This document shows, piece by piece, positions 9,575 to 20,463 of a DNA stretch of 64,000 nucleotides. Source of the stretch: a bacterium (lineage in GTDB: Bacteria; UBA8248); assembly GCA_965200245.1 (NCBI GenBank), contig CBDATS010000004.1:1-64000 (forward strand), given 5' to 3'. Position 1 is the stretch's first letter. Every line of letters starts with the position of its first letter. The notes beneath the pieces are model-generated. The model ran no database searches and was not told the DNA's origin. It was given only the letters and a program-made list of their open reading frames with translations. The translations under genes and the position numbers were made by a program.

Positions 9575-10355
9575 ATGCCCGAGCTTATTCAAGAAGTCGA
9601 GGGCACATTCTCCATCCTGAAGTTCAACAGAAAAAACGTCCGGAGCGCCATCAACGAAGAAATCATGCAGGGCCTCTCAATCGCTCTGGACAACCTTGAG
9701 GCATCTCACGAAGTGAGGGCCGTAATCCTCACGGGTTCAGGAGAGGAAGCGTTCTGCTCGGGCGGCGACCTGAAGTGGCTTCAGTCCCTGGAATCCCGCG
9801 AGCAAGGGATGGGCATGAGCAGGCGAATGCAGGAAATCCTGGGGCGTCTGTCCCAATTGCCGGTACCCGTCATAGCCGTTTTGAACGGATACGCTCTTGG
9901 AGGCGGAACCGAAATCGCCATGGCCTGCGATATGCGAATACTGGAAGAACACGCATACATGAGTTTCAAGCAAGCCCGCGTGGGCCTTATGACCGGTTGG
10001 GGGGGGCGGGGGACGCCTCCTCCGGGCCATAGGCTATGGACGAGCGATTGAGTTGTTGACCACGTGCAAGGAACTGGCTCCGGAAGACGCGCTGAAGATG
10101 GGACTCGCCAATGCTCTGGCACCCAAAGGAGAGGGCTTGGGTGTCGCCAAGACGATGGCAAGGGAAATTTCGAGGAGCGCACCGGGTGCTGTCCGATCCC
10201 TGAAGGAATTGCTCCTGTTCGGGTCAGAAAATACACTGGAGAAAACGACCGGTCTAGAGTCGTCGCGATTTGCGGATCTTTGGGTGTCGGAAGATCATAA
10301 TGAGGCGGTAAAGGCTTTTTTCGAAAAGCGAAATCCCGTTTTCAAGGGAAAGTGA
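9575..10355 (+). pseudogene. Enoyl-CoA hydratase/isomerase, +1 frameshift in G8 tract at 9999-10006
   Basis: AFCSGGDL and GYALGGGTEIAMACD in ORF 9575-10051; removing one G gives GWGGGGRLLRAIGYGRAIELLTT, which joins ORF 10053-10355 (FFEKRNPVFKGK). Confidence 0.85.
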
Positions 10356-10362
10356 CCGCGAA

Positions 10363-11949
10363 ATGACAGATGAACATCCACAAGTTAAAACTCGCTCAGG
10401 TCTCGCTGTCGAAAGCGTCTACGGCCCGGGAGATATCCCCGAAAGCTACCAGCCGGGCCAACCGGGAGAATACCCACTCACGCGCGGCATCCATCCCCAG
10501 ATGTTCAGAAAACGCCTTTGGACGATGCGCCAGTATTCAGGTTTCGGAACCGCCGAAGATACGAACCAGCGATACCGCTTTCTGCTCGACGAGGGAAACA
10601 CCGGGCTGTCAGTCGCTCTCGATTTACCGACCCAACTGGGTCTTGACAGCGACGATCAAAAATCAGCCGGTGAAGTCGGCAAAGTCGGCGTGGCCATAGA
10701 TTCGCTGGCGGATATGGAAACCATATTTCATGGCATCCCGCTCGAAAAGATCAGCACCTCCTTTACCATCAACTCAACTGCCGCCATCCTATACGCCATG
10801 TACGTAGCTGTCGGAAAAAAACAAGGCGTTTCCCCCTCTCAACTGACCGGCACCATCCAGAACGATATCCTGAAAGAATACGTTTCCCGCGGCACATGGA
10901 TATTCCCACCTGAACCATCCCTGAGGCTAATCGTCGATACCGTTGAATACGGCGTGAAAAATACCCCGAGGTTCAACACCATCAGCGCCGCCGGCGCGCA
11001 TTTCAGGGATGCCGGCGCCACCGCCGTCCAGGAGGGCGGACTCACCATCGCGGACGCGATCGTATATGTGGAAAGGTGTCTGGAACGCGGTCTCGATATC
11101 GACGAGTTCGCACCCAGGCTCAGTTTCTATTTTTATACCCACATGGATTTTTTCGAAGAAATCGCTAAATACAGGGCCATGCGGACGTTATGGGCAAAAA
11201 TCATGCGAGAGCGATTTAGCACCAGGAATGAAAGAAGCTGGTTATTCCGCTTCGGCGTTGTTTGCGGCGGCAGCACGCTTACTGCGCAGGAACCCGAGAA
11301 CAACATTGTCCGGGTCACGTACGAAGCGCTGTCCGCCGTTTTCGGCGGTGCTCAGACCATCTTCACTTGCGCATACGACGAAGCCCTGGCGTTACCGACC
11401 GAAGAAAGCGCCCTCCTCGCCCTGCGCACTCAGCAGATCATCGCCCATGAGAGTGGCGTACCCGACGTCGCGGATCCCTTTGGCGGTTCATATTACCTGG
11501 AAAACCTGACTGCCCACATGGAAAACGGGATGGCTCAGATTATCGAAGACATTGAAGAGCGCGGCGGCATGGTCGAGTGCATTCAAAGGGGCGTAGTACA
11601 ATCGTGGATTGCGGAGAGTGCTTTCCAATGGCAACAGGCGGTGGACACACAAGCACAGACTATTGTCGGCGTCAATAAATATGTGCGGGAGACTCCCCCC
11701 TCTCAAGAGATATTCACGGTCAACCCTGCTATTGAAGAACGCCAGAAGAAACAACTGGATAAATTGAGGAAAGAGCGAGACAGCTCGCAGGTAAAGCGAT
11801 GCCTCATGCGCCTCGAACATGCCGCTCAGGGCGATGAGAATCTCATGGAGGCGATTTCCGAGGCAGTAGAAGCCTATGCCACTATCGGCGAGATTACGGA
11901 CGTGCTGCGCCGGGTTTTTGGAGAATTTCAGGAACCCGTGTCTTTCTAG
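10363..11949 (+). CDS. B12-dependent acyl-CoA (methylmalonyl-CoA-type) mutase, large substrate-binding subunit
   Basis: PLTRGIH, WTMRQYSGFG, GTIQNDILKEY, DPFGGSYYLE; no fused B12-binding domain. Confidence 0.9.
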   Translation: MTDEHPQVKTRSGLAVESVYGPGDIPESYQPGQPGEYPLTRGIHPQMFRKRLWTMRQYSGFGTAEDTNQRYRFLLDEGNTGLSVALDLPTQLGLDSDDQKSAGEVGKVGVAIDSLADMETIFHGIPLEKISTSFTINSTAAILYAMYVAVGKKQGVSPSQLTGTIQNDILKEYVSRGTWIFPPEPSLRLIVDTVEYGVKNTPRFNTISAAGAHFRDAGATAVQEGGLTIADAIVYVERCLERGLDIDEFAPRLSFYFYTHMDFFEEIAKYRAMRTLWAKIMRERFSTRNERSWLFRFGVVCGGSTLTAQEPENNIVRVTYEALSAVFGGAQTIFTCAYDEALALPTEESALLALRTQQIIAHESGVPDVADPFGGSYYLENLTAHMENGMAQIIEDIEERGGMVECIQRGVVQSWIAESAFQWQQAVDTQAQTIVGVNKYVRETPPSQEIFTVNPAIEERQKKQLDKLRKERDSSQVKRCLMRLEHAAQGDENLMEAISEAVEAYATIGEITDVLRRVFGEFQEPVSF

Positions 11950-12075
11950 ATGCCTTGCTATGCCCGTCCGCTTGCCCAACCCGGCAAAACACGGAATAAT
12001 CCCTATCAAGAATAATATCCCGAAATATGAATTCAGAGTCCTACACGACATTTTCTCAGGAGGTAGCGACAAAAA

Positions 12076-13944
12076 ATGTGGACAGAGGCCAAAAACGGGA
12101 ACAAGTCGGCAACCGATTACAGGTACAGAAGCGCTACCGTTGATCTGAGCAGTGGAGACATCTCCATCGAGGAAAAAACCTGCAAGGATCTGGAAGATTT
12201 CCTGGGGGGTATCGGCAGGCTTTTCAAGATTCTCTCTCACTATGACGTATCAGACCCCTATGCCCCCTCCTCTCCGCTCGTCATGGAACTCGGTTGCTTC
12301 TCCGGCACAAACCTGATGACGGGGCTAAGGACTTTCTTCGGAGGCTACAGCCCGCTCAAGAGCACGCTCGCAGGTGCCCCCTCAGCCATGTATTCGGCGG
12401 GCTCCGGTAAATTCGGAACCAAGGTGGCCTGCGCGGGCATCGATGAAATCATTTTCACCGGCAGGAGCGAGAAACCCGTCACGCTGGTGATCAAAAGCGA
12501 TACGCTCAGCGGGCCGGCAAGCCTAGATCTCGTTGACGCATCACCACTGATGGGCCTGGATTCGCACGAAAAAATGATGGCGCTGGCCGATGAATACGAC
12601 GACGCGCACTTCGCCGTCATCGGCCCTCCCGGGGAGAACTACGAAACGAACCGTATAGCTTCCATCGTCCTGAGTACGGAAAACCAGCTAAAAACAAGAG
12701 AATGCAAACCAAGGTTCTGCGGGCGCGGCGGTTTCGGGGGCGTGATGGGATCCAAGAATCTCATCGCCATTGTCGCGCAAGCACCGGATGACAAGTCAGC
12801 CGTCACGAACGTCGTCAAGGAAGCGAACAAGGTCATCTCCCGTGGCGCAGGCTCCAAAAACTACCGCGACGCCCACAAGGCCGATGGTGGTGGCGGCACA
12901 TGGCGAAACATCGCAGGCCTGCACCCGATGGGCTGCCTGCCCGAGAGGAACTTCTGGGCACCGGGCAATGATGATGCCGTTCAACTCTATCGAAGCAGCT
13001 TTGAAGAACCCTATGTCGTGAAGGACGAATCCTGCTTCAAATGCGGCATCGCGTGTCACAAAAACATCTACGACAGGCCCGAAGGAGAGACGGCCGAGGG
13101 AAGAAAGGCAAAGAAAGGAAAATTCAGGGTCAAATTCGATTACGAACCGCTCGACCTCATCACGGCGAACTGCGGCGTCTATGACGCGGAAGAATCCCTG
13201 GAACTCGTGGAACTGGGCGACCGCATGGGCTATGACGCCATCAGTCTGGGCGCCACCATCAGCTACGCCATGGAATGGAACGAGAGAAACCCGGACAAAC
13301 CCGTACTCGACGGTATCCGCTTCGGCGACGCCAAAAAGATGGAAGAATTGATTCGAAAAGCAGCGGCGGGCGAATGCGAAGAGCTGGCTCAAGGCACGAT
13401 GCGCCTGGCACAGCAATGTGGAGATCTCTCGTTCGCCATGCAGGGCAAGGGCCTTGAATACCCCGCCTATCTGCCAGAAACCAACCCCGGTTATCCCTGG
13501 GCGCTGGCCGGTGGCCACATGAGTATGCGCACGTTTCTGCTCCTCATCCTGGATGGCCAGCAAACGGACATCGATTATTGGGAAAACGCCATCCTCAACG
13601 GCATCTACTATACGAGGGACGATCTCATCGGAACCTGCAAATTCGCGGGTGCGCCCAACGAGAACATCGTCGACAGCCTGAACGACATGTTCGGCGTCTC
13701 GTTGACGGAAGACGACGTGAACCAGGCAATTCGACGCTCCTATCTGAGAGGACGCTTGCTGGAGAAAAAAGTGGGCTATACCGACGAGGAATACGATGTG
13801 CCCGCCCGCGTTTATGAAAGAGCGAACGAGAACGTCAAAATGCCCAGTTTCATCACGCGTGAGTTCATGGATGAACTGAAAAAACGGACTGAGGCGAACT
13901 GGGAGAGGCTCACGGAAGAAGAAGGAATCGCCCTTCCCGCCTAG
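12076..13944 (+). CDS. Aldehyde:ferredoxin oxidoreductase family protein
   Basis: SPL, IGPPGEN, GRGGFGGVMGSKNL, CFKCGIAC, DYEP, KGLEYPAYLP. Confidence 0.85.
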   Translation: MWTEAKNGNKSATDYRYRSATVDLSSGDISIEEKTCKDLEDFLGGIGRLFKILSHYDVSDPYAPSSPLVMELGCFSGTNLMTGLRTFFGGYSPLKSTLAGAPSAMYSAGSGKFGTKVACAGIDEIIFTGRSEKPVTLVIKSDTLSGPASLDLVDASPLMGLDSHEKMMALADEYDDAHFAVIGPPGENYETNRIASIVLSTENQLKTRECKPRFCGRGGFGGVMGSKNLIAIVAQAPDDKSAVTNVVKEANKVISRGAGSKNYRDAHKADGGGGTWRNIAGLHPMGCLPERNFWAPGNDDAVQLYRSSFEEPYVVKDESCFKCGIACHKNIYDRPEGETAEGRKAKKGKFRVKFDYEPLDLITANCGVYDAEESLELVELGDRMGYDAISLGATISYAMEWNERNPDKPVLDGIRFGDAKKMEELIRKAAAGECEELAQGTMRLAQQCGDLSFAMQGKGLEYPAYLPETNPGYPWALAGGHMSMRTFLLLILDGQQTDIDYWENAILNGIYYTRDDLIGTCKFAGAPNENIVDSLNDMFGVSLTEDDVNQAIRRSYLRGRLLEKKVGYTDEEYDVPARVYERANENVKMPSFITREFMDELKKRTEANWERLTEEEGIALPA

Positions 13945-13960
13945 ACTACCAAGCTGAATC

Positions 13961-13997
13961 AAAACGCCCCCTCAGGTCCCTCCTGACGGGGCGTTTT
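13961..13997. terminator. Bidirectional intrinsic terminator
   Basis: AAAACGCCCC-C-TCAGG/CCTGA-C-GGGGCGTTTT hairpin between the convergent AOR and queE genes. Confidence 0.85.
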
Positions 13998-14036
13998 GTT
14001 TTGGGTGGTACTGGCGTATGCCCTGATTGCCTGAAG

Positions 14037-14741
14037 CTACACCCCGCGCCTGTCGCCCCACAGAATGACATGAAGCCTGGGGGTGAACCGGAAACCCCGA
14101 TTCATGGAAGATTCCGCCAGGGCGAACAATCTGTGCTCCATTTGCTCGCGCGTTTTGCCTCCGGGCGAGATGATGACGCGATTTCGCGGGAAATCACGAA
14201 GGCCATGCTTTTCGAGAACAGATTCGACTTCATCGAGTTCTTCTGCCGAGTGGACTACGAATTTCAGGTAGGGTTCCCTGGCTCGGCGAAGCCAGTCGAG
14301 GGATTTCGGCTGTTTTTCCCCAGAAATTCCGGCTGATTTCAGTTTGGGGGAGACGTTCCATTGATCCACACATTCGAGGATGTTTTCAGACGGCGGAACG
14401 TGGCCCGCTGTTTCCACCTCCACCCTCAAACCCGCATCATGAAGTGACTCTACAAGCGTGGGAAACTGCGAAGATTCCAGAGGCTCTCCCCCCGTCACCA
14501 CCACCTGGGCACCTTCGTATTCCTTACAGAAATCCAGAATTTCCTTGATTGTTTTTTCCTCAACGGGAGGCCCCGACCATGAATACTTCGTGTCGCACCA
14601 CACACAGCCCACCGAGCAGCCCATCAGACGTACGAAGACGGACGGGCTGCCAATAGTCGCACCCTCTCCTTGCAGAGAAAAAAAAAGCGGATCGGCAAGC
14701 GATACCCTGAAATCCGCTTTTTCCTTGATTTCTATCTCCAC
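14037..14741 (-). CDS. queE: 7-carboxy-7-deazaguanine synthase (radical SAM)
   Basis: FSLQGEG, FVRLMGCSVGCVWCDT, TGGEPL, VSPKL, RLHVILWG. Confidence 0.9.
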   Translation of the reverse strand: MEIEIKEKADFRVSLADPLFFSLQGEGATIGSPSVFVRLMGCSVGCVWCDTKYSWSGPPVEEKTIKEILDFCKEYEGAQVVVTGGEPLESSQFPTLVESLHDAGLRVEVETAGHVPPSENILECVDQWNVSPKLKSAGISGEKQPKSLDWLRRAREPYLKFVVHSAEELDEVESVLEKHGLRDFPRNRVIISPGGKTREQMEHRLFALAESSMNRGFRFTPRLHVILWGDRRGV

Positions 14742-14814
14742 TTCAGACTCGCCGTTTCGCTCTTGGTCTCAGAATTTTCAGCGCAAGAGCCAAAATGGTA
14801 GTAATTCTCGTCTC

Positions 14815-15096
14815 TTAACCCAACGCCGCTGCAACGATGAGTGCCACGCCAACAAATATAGCACCCACGACGATACCGACCGCCCTGTTTTGATCTTTCG
14901 ACAGCGCATCGTTTACCGAGAACGGCGTGATCCACTCGAAAATCTTGTACCCGACCATCAGCAAGACGATGCCTATCAATCCATACACAATCGAAAGGAC
15001 CAGACCCGTACCGATACCCAAACGAGGCTCGCCTTGGGCAAATGCCAGGGTTGGCGTCATCAGGCTCAAAGTGGCTGCAATCACGAATTTTTTCAT
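14815..15096 (-). CDS. DUF350 family small membrane protein
   Basis: KIFEWITPF...L...NRAVGIVVGAIFVGVALIVAAA pattern. Confidence 0.8.
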   Translation of the reverse strand: MKKFVIAATLSLMTPTLAFAQGEPRLGIGTGLVLSIVYGLIGIVLLMVGYKIFEWITPFSVNDALSKDQNRAVGIVVGAIFVGVALIVAAALG

Positions 15097-15558
15097 GCGG
15101 GAAACTCCTTGTTTGGTGAAGGAAAACTCAATGCCGAAAAATCATGCTCAAGCAGAACATCAAGATGACGGAAAAGAGAAGCATCCGGCCCGGACCGAGT
15201 CGACCTGTGAACTCCTGACTGGACCCCGGTCATGGCTTCGTCTGGTGAAAGAAGCGGCACCGAGTGACCGCGAGCGCCCGAACCCACCGAAAGAACGGCC
15301 CCGCCGAAGCGTCCGGCTTCGACAATGGGCGGATGAAGCACAAGAGCGATGGTGATGACGGAGATCCTCACAGCATCGCGCCAGATGGAGTCACCGAAGT
15401 CGGGGCAAATGTATTGAATGAGCCCGCAACAACGACATCAAGAAAATAGACAGGACGAAACAAGCATGGCGCTGTTTTCAATGCGGCCTCGGGTATCGGG
15501 CGAGCAAAACAACGGAAACAGACTAGCAGGGCGTGCCCGATTTCTCAATCGCCCAACT

Positions 15559-16338
15559 TTAATCCCATTTCCTGCCCGGCATATGGTTATAGACACTGCT
15601 AAGGATACCGCCGTCAATGTCGAGGCGCGAAGCCGTAATCCAGTCGGATTCCCCGGAGAGCAGGAACAAAATGCCATGAGCGATATCCACTGGCTGGCCC
15701 ACACGACCAAGAGGCGTCACGTCGCTCCTGCCTTTCTTGATTTCGGAGTCTTGTAAATAGGCGGTCAGCGGCGTTTCCGTATGGCCGGGGCATACCGCGT
15801 TTACACGAATTCCCTTGCGCGCCCATTCGATACCCAACTGCTTTGAGAGCATAATAATGCCCGCTTTGACCGTGCTGTACGCACCCGACATCCCGTAAGG
15901 CTGAACGCCTGCGTTCGACGACAGATTCACCATGACGCCCGGCCTTTCATTCTCTATCATCCAGCGACCTGCCGCCTGGCACATCAGGAACATGCCCGTA
16001 AGGCCCACGTCCAGCACCATTTTCCAGCTCGCCAGAGGCAGATCGACCAGTGGGGCGGGATCCATCTTGATGGCACAGTTCACGAGATGGTTCAGGCCGC
16101 CAAACTCGCTCACCGCGCGCTCTACAGCCACCTGACAAGACACCTCATCCGTCACGTCGAGTTCCTGAAACACTGCCCTGTCCCTGCCGAGTTCGGCCTC
16201 AAGCTCAACGCCCAACTCCTTGTTCACGTCTCCGATGAGAACGCGCCCCCCTTGCTCCACATACATTTCACACGTCTTGGCGCCGATGCCCCGGGCGCCA
16301 CCGGCAACGATACAGACATCTCCATCGAAACGGCCCAT
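15559..16338 (-). CDS. SDR family oxidoreductase
   Basis: GGARGIG, YSTVK, RVNAVCPG. Confidence 0.9.
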   Translation of the reverse strand: MGRFDGDVCIVAGGARGIGAKTCEMYVEQGGRVLIGDVNKELGVELEAELGRDRAVFQELDVTDEVSCQVAVERAVSEFGGLNHLVNCAIKMDPAPLVDLPLASWKMVLDVGLTGMFLMCQAAGRWMIENERPGVMVNLSSNAGVQPYGMSGAYSTVKAGIIMLSKQLGIEWARKGIRVNAVCPGHTETPLTAYLQDSEIKKGRSDVTPLGRVGQPVDIAHGILFLLSGESDWITASRLDIDGGILSSVYNHMPGRKWD

Positions 16339-16353
16339 GAGGAACCTCCTCTC

Positions 16354-17160
16354 TCAAGTCGTTGTATATTCTATCTTTCTGCCGCCCCAGTTTCTCCCGG
16401 GCGTATGAATCATTTTGCTCTCCGCCTGCCCGCCATCAATGGGAAGGTTCGCCGCCGTGATGTATCGCGCCCGGTCCGACAGCAGGAACACGCATCCCTC
16501 CGCGATATCCTCAGGCGTGGCCACACGGCCCATCGGCACGACGGCGGCGCGCCCGGCCGCGATTTCGGGGTCCTGGAACATGGCCTCGGTCATGGGGGTG
16601 CGCACCTGACCCGGCGATACAGTGTTCGCGCGAACACCGCGTCCACCCCACTCCACGCCGAAGAGCTTGCTGAGCATAATCGCCCCCGCCTTGCATACGC
16701 TATATGCGCCGGCAAGAGGATAGGTTTGCATACCGCCGATGGAGGAGACGAAAACGATGGACCCGCTTCCCTGCTCAAGCATCACCCCGCCCGCCGCCTG
16801 CGCACACAGGAAATAGCCCTTGAGTCCGATGTCCATCACCATGTCCCAATCAGCCTCGGGCAGGTCTTCGAGCTTTCCGGGTACGAGCTTGATCGCGCAG
16901 CAGACGAGACCGTCTATCCTGCCGAAGGCGTCGACGGTATCCGCCGCCATGCGCCTGGCATCAGCTTTTTTCGAGGTATCCATCTCGACCAAGATTGCCC
17001 TGCCACCTTTCTCCTCCACCATGGAGACCGTCTCGGCCGCGGTTTCGGGGTTGATGTCGGCCACAGCCACGTCGGCTCCTTCGGCAGCGGCGAGAACGCA
17101 TGTGGCACGGCCGATGCCGCTGCCTCCTCCCGTCACAATTACTTTCTTCCCTTCAAGCAT
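16354..17160 (-). CDS. SDR family oxidoreductase (tandem paralog)
   Basis: TGGGSGIG, YSVCK, RANTVSPG; shares CAIK and C-terminal PGRxW with its neighbour. Confidence 0.9.
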   Translation of the reverse strand: MLEGKKVIVTGGGSGIGRATCVLAAAEGADVAVADINPETAAETVSMVEEKGGRAILVEMDTSKKADARRMAADTVDAFGRIDGLVCCAIKLVPGKLEDLPEADWDMVMDIGLKGYFLCAQAAGGVMLEQGSGSIVFVSSIGGMQTYPLAGAYSVCKAGAIMLSKLFGVEWGGRGVRANTVSPGQVRTPMTEAMFQDPEIAAGRAAVVPMGRVATPEDIAEGCVFLLSDRARYITAANLPIDGGQAESKMIHTPGRNWGGRKIEYTTT

Positions 17161-18156
17161 GGTAAAGAAACCCTCCAATTACTTATTATTCAGTTCCTTA
17201 CAGCTCATAACCGGGCTTTGAGACTTATTCTACGCGAGAGGCGCATTGCGGGCCAGCCTCTTTCTATCGAAGCAAATTTCAATATTTCTTCTGATTATAA
17301 AACAACAAATTACACATGACACCTGGCTTATATTCGAGACCCGAGAAGCGGGCGGAAATTTCCAGATAAATCGAGATTACGAAAGGAGCATTCCAGGAAC
17401 AGGAAACGAGCGTTTGCAGATAGAGGAAAGACGCAAACCCGACTGTGGACAAGAAGGAATATGAACGAGGAGGGAGTGCCAAACGCGAATTAGGAAGAAT
17501 TACAGTTTGCCCTTGTCCAGAGATCAGGAGTCATCCCACCCCAAACCGAATCGCCTGTTCCATTTCCCATTCTCCCTCCACGCTGGGATACTCGATTTTG
17601 AGTAAAGATTCCCGCCCGAGCCTAGAACAAACAAGCGACCACATATGGGCGAAATTCAAGGGAAACTCTATCAAGACTCACAAGTCCTTGATTCAGTGGG
17701 TGTTAATTGATCAGACAACCAAAGTTAACACACTGTAAAGAACTCAGAAGATGGCCCTCCAGGACATGGGAATCAAGCAACCGAGGTGAATTCCGGATTT
17801 TCCTGTTCTTAGGCCTCTAATGGATATCATATACTCAAGGGGATTCTGAGTCGACTTTGGGTGAGAAATCAGGGCTCAATAACCCCGATAGGCCCCTGCA
17901 AGACCCTGCTGATGAAGTCTGTTGATCCTGTCCATGACGCCATCGTGCGAAAACAGGATGATCACAATAACAATATCCCTACAACGAACCAATCCCTATT
18001 TCACTTTAGACATTGATTGACGGATACGGGATATGCTGGTTTCACCCGACGGGGATTGGAGTGCATGCCTCGACTCCCACCTCACCGGCAATCACACTCC
18101 CTCTATGGACCATTCCGACCATCTATCGCCAAAGCCTGTGATATCAATCTGTCGGG

Positions 18157-18399
18157 AAAAATTGGATCCTGCTCATCGAATCCGTCACCGGTCATGGCCG
18201 AGTTGACGCGAAGCGACGTAATGAACCAGCGGAGTTATTCGCGGGATCAAAAAGTGGACCTGTTTACGTGACCGCGCTTCCAGATCGGGCAATCATGGGA
18301 CGATATATTTGGGAAATATCGTGGGAAACGGAAGTCTGGTGCGCAGGTGCGCCCACTCATCTCATTCACTGTGATGGCGAACGGTTTCCGGGAATATGA
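18157..18399 (+). pseudogene. BsuBI/PstI-family restriction endonuclease C-terminal remnant
   Basis: Manual translation KNWILLIESVTGHGRVDAKRR...VYVTALPDRAIMGRYIWEISWETEVWCAGAPTHLIHCDGERF; no start, not in the ORF track. Confidence 0.8.
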
Positions 18400-18474
18400 A
18401 AGAGGGCAGCGATATGAAAGATGAACCCGAAGAATCAGATTCCATGCCAGCAAGAGTTTGAGGCTGGTTTATGA

Positions 18475-18825
18475 TTATAGCCCCTCAAGCACCTTTGCAA
18501 GCGCAGCGTTCGACTTGTCCAACCCTTCCATGGTCTTGTCCAACCCCTCAATTGCCTTTGCAAGCACAGCGTCTGAATTATCCATTCTTGCCATGGTCCT
18601 GTCCAACCTATCAATTGCCTTTGCAAGCACAGCGTCTGAATTATCCATTCTTGCCATAGCCCTTGCCAACGCAGTGTTCGAGTTGGCCAGTGCCTCGTTT
18701 ATCCTGTCACTCACCACTGCGCGTTCCTTGTTCGCCTTCATCATGGCATAGATGCCATATCCGATAACAACAGGTGTCATCGAACTCGCAACTTCGGGGA
18801 TGGCCATCGGTTCAAATACAATCAT
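18475..18825 (-). CDS. Small membrane-anchored coiled-coil protein with 21-aa tandem repeats
   Basis: MARMDNSDAVLAKAIDRLDRT / MARMDNSDAVLAKAIEGLDKT / MEGLDKSNAALAKVLEGL; 63-bp DNA period; GAGG RBS upstream. Confidence 0.6.
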   Translation of the reverse strand: MIVFEPMAIPEVASSMTPVVIGYGIYAMMKANKERAVVSDRINEALANSNTALARAMARMDNSDAVLAKAIDRLDRTMARMDNSDAVLAKAIEGLDKTMEGLDKSNAALAKVLEGL

Positions 18826-19129
18826 CGTTGTTTCCTCTTGGCAGGGATACCTTGGTCATCATGCCATGTTCCCCTCCCGGCATGCGATGCGTTTTCCTCA
18901 TCATACCAGAAAACTGCTCGCGAGCCATCCACTCCCCGGCAACTTCGAGCAGCTCCCATGGCCGCCTTCTGCTCTTGAGACATAGGATACAGCGTCATGG
19001 AAATACTGCCTCGCCAGTTCGTCCATCATGACTGAAAATACCCTGGCATGCCGCAGTGTCTTCCTCCTGTTGCAGGTGTGCAGGGATTTCCGGAAAGACC
19101 GGCCCAGGGAAGGGTGAATATTGTCTGCT

Positions 19130-19406
19130 AAGTAAGCTTGAAAACACTCGGGAACCATCAGGACGCGAAAGAGTATTTCGGGGTAATGAGAGGGAACGTC
19201 TGCTAGCTGTGGCGGAGGAACCACTCAAGTCTTCCATTCTCTCCACTCTTTATACAGGATACATAAAAGATGAACTCCTCCACCTTCAATGGGAAGAAGG
19301 CGATCTTGACTCTGCTGGCGCCATCAAAATTTTAGGTGGGAATGCGAAAACAGGTAAAGTGCGGAAATATCCTGCCTTTTTCTCCACCCGCAAAAGTACC
19401 ATATAG
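19130..19406 (+). pseudogene. Tyrosine recombinase (phage integrase) remnant
   Basis: REPSGRERVF...ERERLLAVA...LYTGYIKDELLHLQWEEGDL...AKTGKVR resembles box I (TGxRxxEL) with the catalytic Arg lost; truncated. Confidence 0.65.
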
Positions 19407-19706
19407 CTTTCAACAGTTCATGCAACGGGTCAGGCAAGAAGGCCAAGGAAGATAACGGCAGGTTGGACATTACCAAGTATACCCTTTCAACTAGTCACGC
19501 TCTTGGCATAAGAATTACATTTTGAATCAAGAGCGTTTTCGGGCATATTGGCGGCCATGGCAAAAATCCTTGCCCCTACGTCGTAATTTTCGCGGTTCGG
19601 GTGTCGTGAATCGCGCATGTTCATCCGCCTGCCTTTGGTTGACACGGCAGTCCAATCAACTTTCCTGCTGCTGAAATAATCAAGCAGTTCCCGAGTGGAG
19701 AATAAG

Positions 19707-20463
19707 CTACGTCCTGTTCCATTCCGCATGAACAGTACAGGCATCAAGCTGAACTCGCCTGACTGTGATCTTTGCGTCGGATCGATCAATAGCCACCACT
19801 GCCGCCACGCGACCCCCAACATTACATTCGATTACCGGGGCATCCCGTTCAAAGATCTTTAGCGGTGCCTCCTGAATCGAGTCGAAGATACTGACCGGAA
19901 TCTCAACGATCTGATATCTGTGCGGGATATCGCCGGTGTCCTCCCGAAATGCCCGCAGCATGACTATCTGTGTAACGGCGCCCTGATATTGCCTGAACAA
20001 CTTAAGGGTGCGAACCCGTCGATCTCTGGCCGTACGTACGTCCTGTATCCACGCAGCCTCGGTCAATTTGGAAATATGCAACATAGTCCTGGACAGTCTC
20101 ATGGCGGCAGTCGACTTGAGCGACAATCGTCGACGGTTGCCCGATTCAGGGCGGACGACCATGTCAACGAATCTTTGGGTTCCAGAACCGGGAGGATCAA
20201 TCGACCAGCGGAGGTGCTCACAAGCGTTTCTGAACACCGCCTCAAACGCCGACAGCCCCAACGGTTCCGTCGTGGCTCCATGGTGAACCGACAATGTAAG
20301 CCCGAAATATTCAATCCAGTCGGGCTCGCTGGTCAGCCATGTGCCTGCAGACCGAATGTTTGGCGCTCGGAGGATTCGCCAAAGACTCCACGACTCTCGC
20401 GACAAACCCGATCCTGACTGGTGAGAACGAATCCAGCGTCGCCTTGAGTTCATCAAGCGTCAT
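19707..20463 (-). pseudogene. SmaI-like type II restriction endonuclease, apparent frameshift near 20360
   Basis: FGLTLSVHH...FEAVF, LSLKSTAA...HISKLTE, YQIVEIP and CTVHAEW resemble R.SmaI as recalled. The ATG overlapping the MTase stop (MTLDELKATLDSFSP...) is in a different frame from the body. Confidence 0.65.

Noticed and set aside
14037-14741. queE as part of a Dpd deazaguanine DNA-modification system
   Set aside because: No dpdA, queC, queD or folE nearby; housekeeping context.
15093-15500. Small ORFs between DUF350 and the SDR
   Set aside because: No recognisable motif or consistent frame.
18490-18670. 63-bp repeats as a CRISPR array
   Set aside because: In-frame coding repeats with no unique spacers and no cas genes.
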